Assembly: GCF_018977255.1 (NCBI RefSeq)
Contig: NW_024704742.1
Location: 84,074,001-84,138,000 of the forward strand
DNA from: Callorhinchus milii
Lineage: Eukaryota
Reading direction: 5' to 3'
Length of the DNA stretch: 64,000 nt
A program made the position numbers and the translations under genes. This document shows, piece by piece, positions 62,056 to 64,000 of this stretch (the first letter of the stretch is position 1; each line of letters begins with the position of its first letter). A model generated the notes under the pieces. That model was not told the DNA's origin. It worked only from the letters and a program-made list of their open reading frames with translations, and made no database searches.

Positions 62056-63544
62056 ATGAGAAAATTTGTTACCTAAGGTATTGGTTTAAGGTATACAATC
62101 ATTGCATCACATTAGCTGAACGTGCATTCTGAAATTGGCTAAATTGCCATCGACATGTATAGTCCTTATTAGACTGAACCACAGAATTTGTAATTAAATT
62201 AACAATGAATTATCTCTTTTCCCCTAGTAACTAGCATTATTCATCTGGAAATATATGTATGATATATACATGACCTCAGTTTCTGTGGAAACACTTAACC
62301 CTCCGCAGCCATTCAATGGAATTGCCAATCACACAAACTATTGTGAAATAAAAAACAACTAGACAAATGCAAATTCAGAGTCGTATAACCATCCTTCTAT
62401 ATTTCCAGGTAAAAGAACATTGTACTATAGCCCGGAAAATGAGAATCTATGAGAACTCATTTAATAAAACAGTCTGATGCTGTAATGAGTAAATAATAGA
62501 GGTGCTATTCTAAAAGGAAGGAATCAAGGAAGAGATGATGCAACTTTGTCAACTAAACCTCTTAGGAACTGTACCACCAAGGCAACTGTCAACATTTTAG
62601 TAGTGAACATAATAAAATTTCAACACGTACTGTCTTTACCAGCATTTGGAAAAAGTTTTATTGATTTTTTTTGTGAATTAATCACACCTGGTTCTTCTCT
62701 TTTCCCAAACCAAAATGGATTTGTCAAATGGTTCATGAAATCTGTGGCACCTTCTGAAATGGGCGAATGATTGTAAGAATGCTGTGTATGTCTGGAGCAT
62801 TTGGCAGGCTCCCTCTGTATCACAGTTCTCATCTACGTGCATCAGTAAAAGCTATTCCTGCTAAGAGCTAACAGGTTCAGTGTCTGTTACATAATCCTAC
62901 CCATGGCTGATGCAAATCTCCACTCCAGTTTCTATGGGAAAGGAAAACTCAGTGCATGTGCCAGGCTGATAATTTAATATTTCCTTGATTCATGAATTGA
63001 TTTCATGGAGCTTTCATAAGTCCTGAGAGGTTCAGTTTAGGCTATGAAGCACTTTTTCCAATGCACAGAAGATATAACAACAACAACATCTATATAGCGC
63101 CTTTCACACAGGGTAGCTTTCACAAAAGACACTTCGGCCCCTTCAACTTACGTGTTATATGTATTAAACTGACACTTCTATGTAATTCAGGTGCTACCTC
63201 CTGCTAGCAGAAACAGCCTTTTATAGCCTTGGGAGGTCTTGCAAATTGTGAGGAGAAGGGAAGGGAAGATTGAAAGAGTGGATTAAATGCATGAGGGACA
63301 CCAGTCTGAGTAACAAAACAGTGGCACCTGACACTTTGTGTGTTTGTGACTTGTTTTGAAAAAAATTTAATTTGCTCCACAATTTTTCACAAAGGTAAAG
63401 GGTAATATATCAATACAACTCAATAAATATGACACCAATACACACAGTATACTGAGGAGCAGGAGGACTTCTAAAGTTCTCTCATTTTCTTCTCCAATGA
63501 TATAATCGTAAATCCAAACTTTTCAGTGATTCCACAGTGAAATA

Positions 63545-63815
63545 AATAATAATCCTTGCATTTGATATAGCACCTTTCATGTCAGGAGGCTATCTCGAAG
63601 CACTTCACATTACTGCAAAATGCAGCAATTGCGTATTTTGTAGGCAAACATGGCAGCCAATTTGTGCACAGCATTGTCCCACAAATAGTCATGAAAATGA
63701 ATTGAGGATTGTTGACCAGGACACCAGGAGAAACTCCATTCTCTTTCCAAATAGTGCCTTGGGTTCTTTAACGTCTATCTGAATAAGCAGACATTTAATG
63801 TCTTATTGAAGGACA
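63545..63815 (-). mobile_element. DeuSINE-like fragment with tail
   Basis: ataataatccttgcatttg...gaccaggacaccaggagaaactccattctctttccaaatagtgccttgggttctttaacgtc. Confidence 0.72.
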
Positions 63816-64000
63816 AGTTTACTCCATTGACTGCAAGCTCAAAGCACAAAATTACACATCATTCGTTCATAAGTGGTACTCACTAAATTGATAGAATACT
63901 TAAGGCCTGACATCTGACTACTGTGGTTATAGATGTGTCTTTTTGGTATAGTAAGGGGTGTGCCTATATGTTGGGTTCATTTGCAATGTCAAGTCAGAAC

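Noticed and set aside
575..63815. Recurring YIKCKDYYY peptide and repeated ~50-bp motif as a CRISPR-like or protein repeat system
   Set aside because: It is the dispersed SINE 3' tail in both orientations with irregular spacing, in eukaryotic DNA.

Overview
Eukaryotic (vertebrate) genomic DNA, most consistent with a cartilaginous fish. A chimaera/elephant-shark-like species is inferred from the protein and repeat style, not proven. The window holds one clear protein-coding gene, lysophosphatidic acid receptor 1 (LPAR1), on the + strand. Its main coding exon (11172-11910) is spliced across a 44,145-bp phase-1 GT-AG intron in TM6 to the terminal coding exon (56056-56354), giving 345 aa. A roughly 2.9-kb stretch without the window's common repeats follows and is the probable 3' UTR. 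Everything else is intronic or intergenic and dense with repeats: L2 LINE fragments with (TTG)n tails, CR1 LINE 3' ends, a young tRNA-Ala-like SINE with (ATT)n tails that shares the L2 3' hairpin, older DeuSINE-like and other ancient SINEs, small TA-flanked MITEs, a G-rich minisatellite, and an unclassified ~470-bp oligo(A)-ended repeat in about 9 copies. All other listed ORFs are repeat-derived or spurious. I found no new multi-gene system. The best leads are (i) a possible splice-acceptor switch at the LPAR1 start (in-frame TAG between two AG acceptors), (ii) the unclassified repeat family, (iii) modular SINE/L2 evolution and (iv) nested insertions that order the repeat families in time. Repeat boundaries are approximate, and comparisons with human LPAR1 and named repeat families are from memory.
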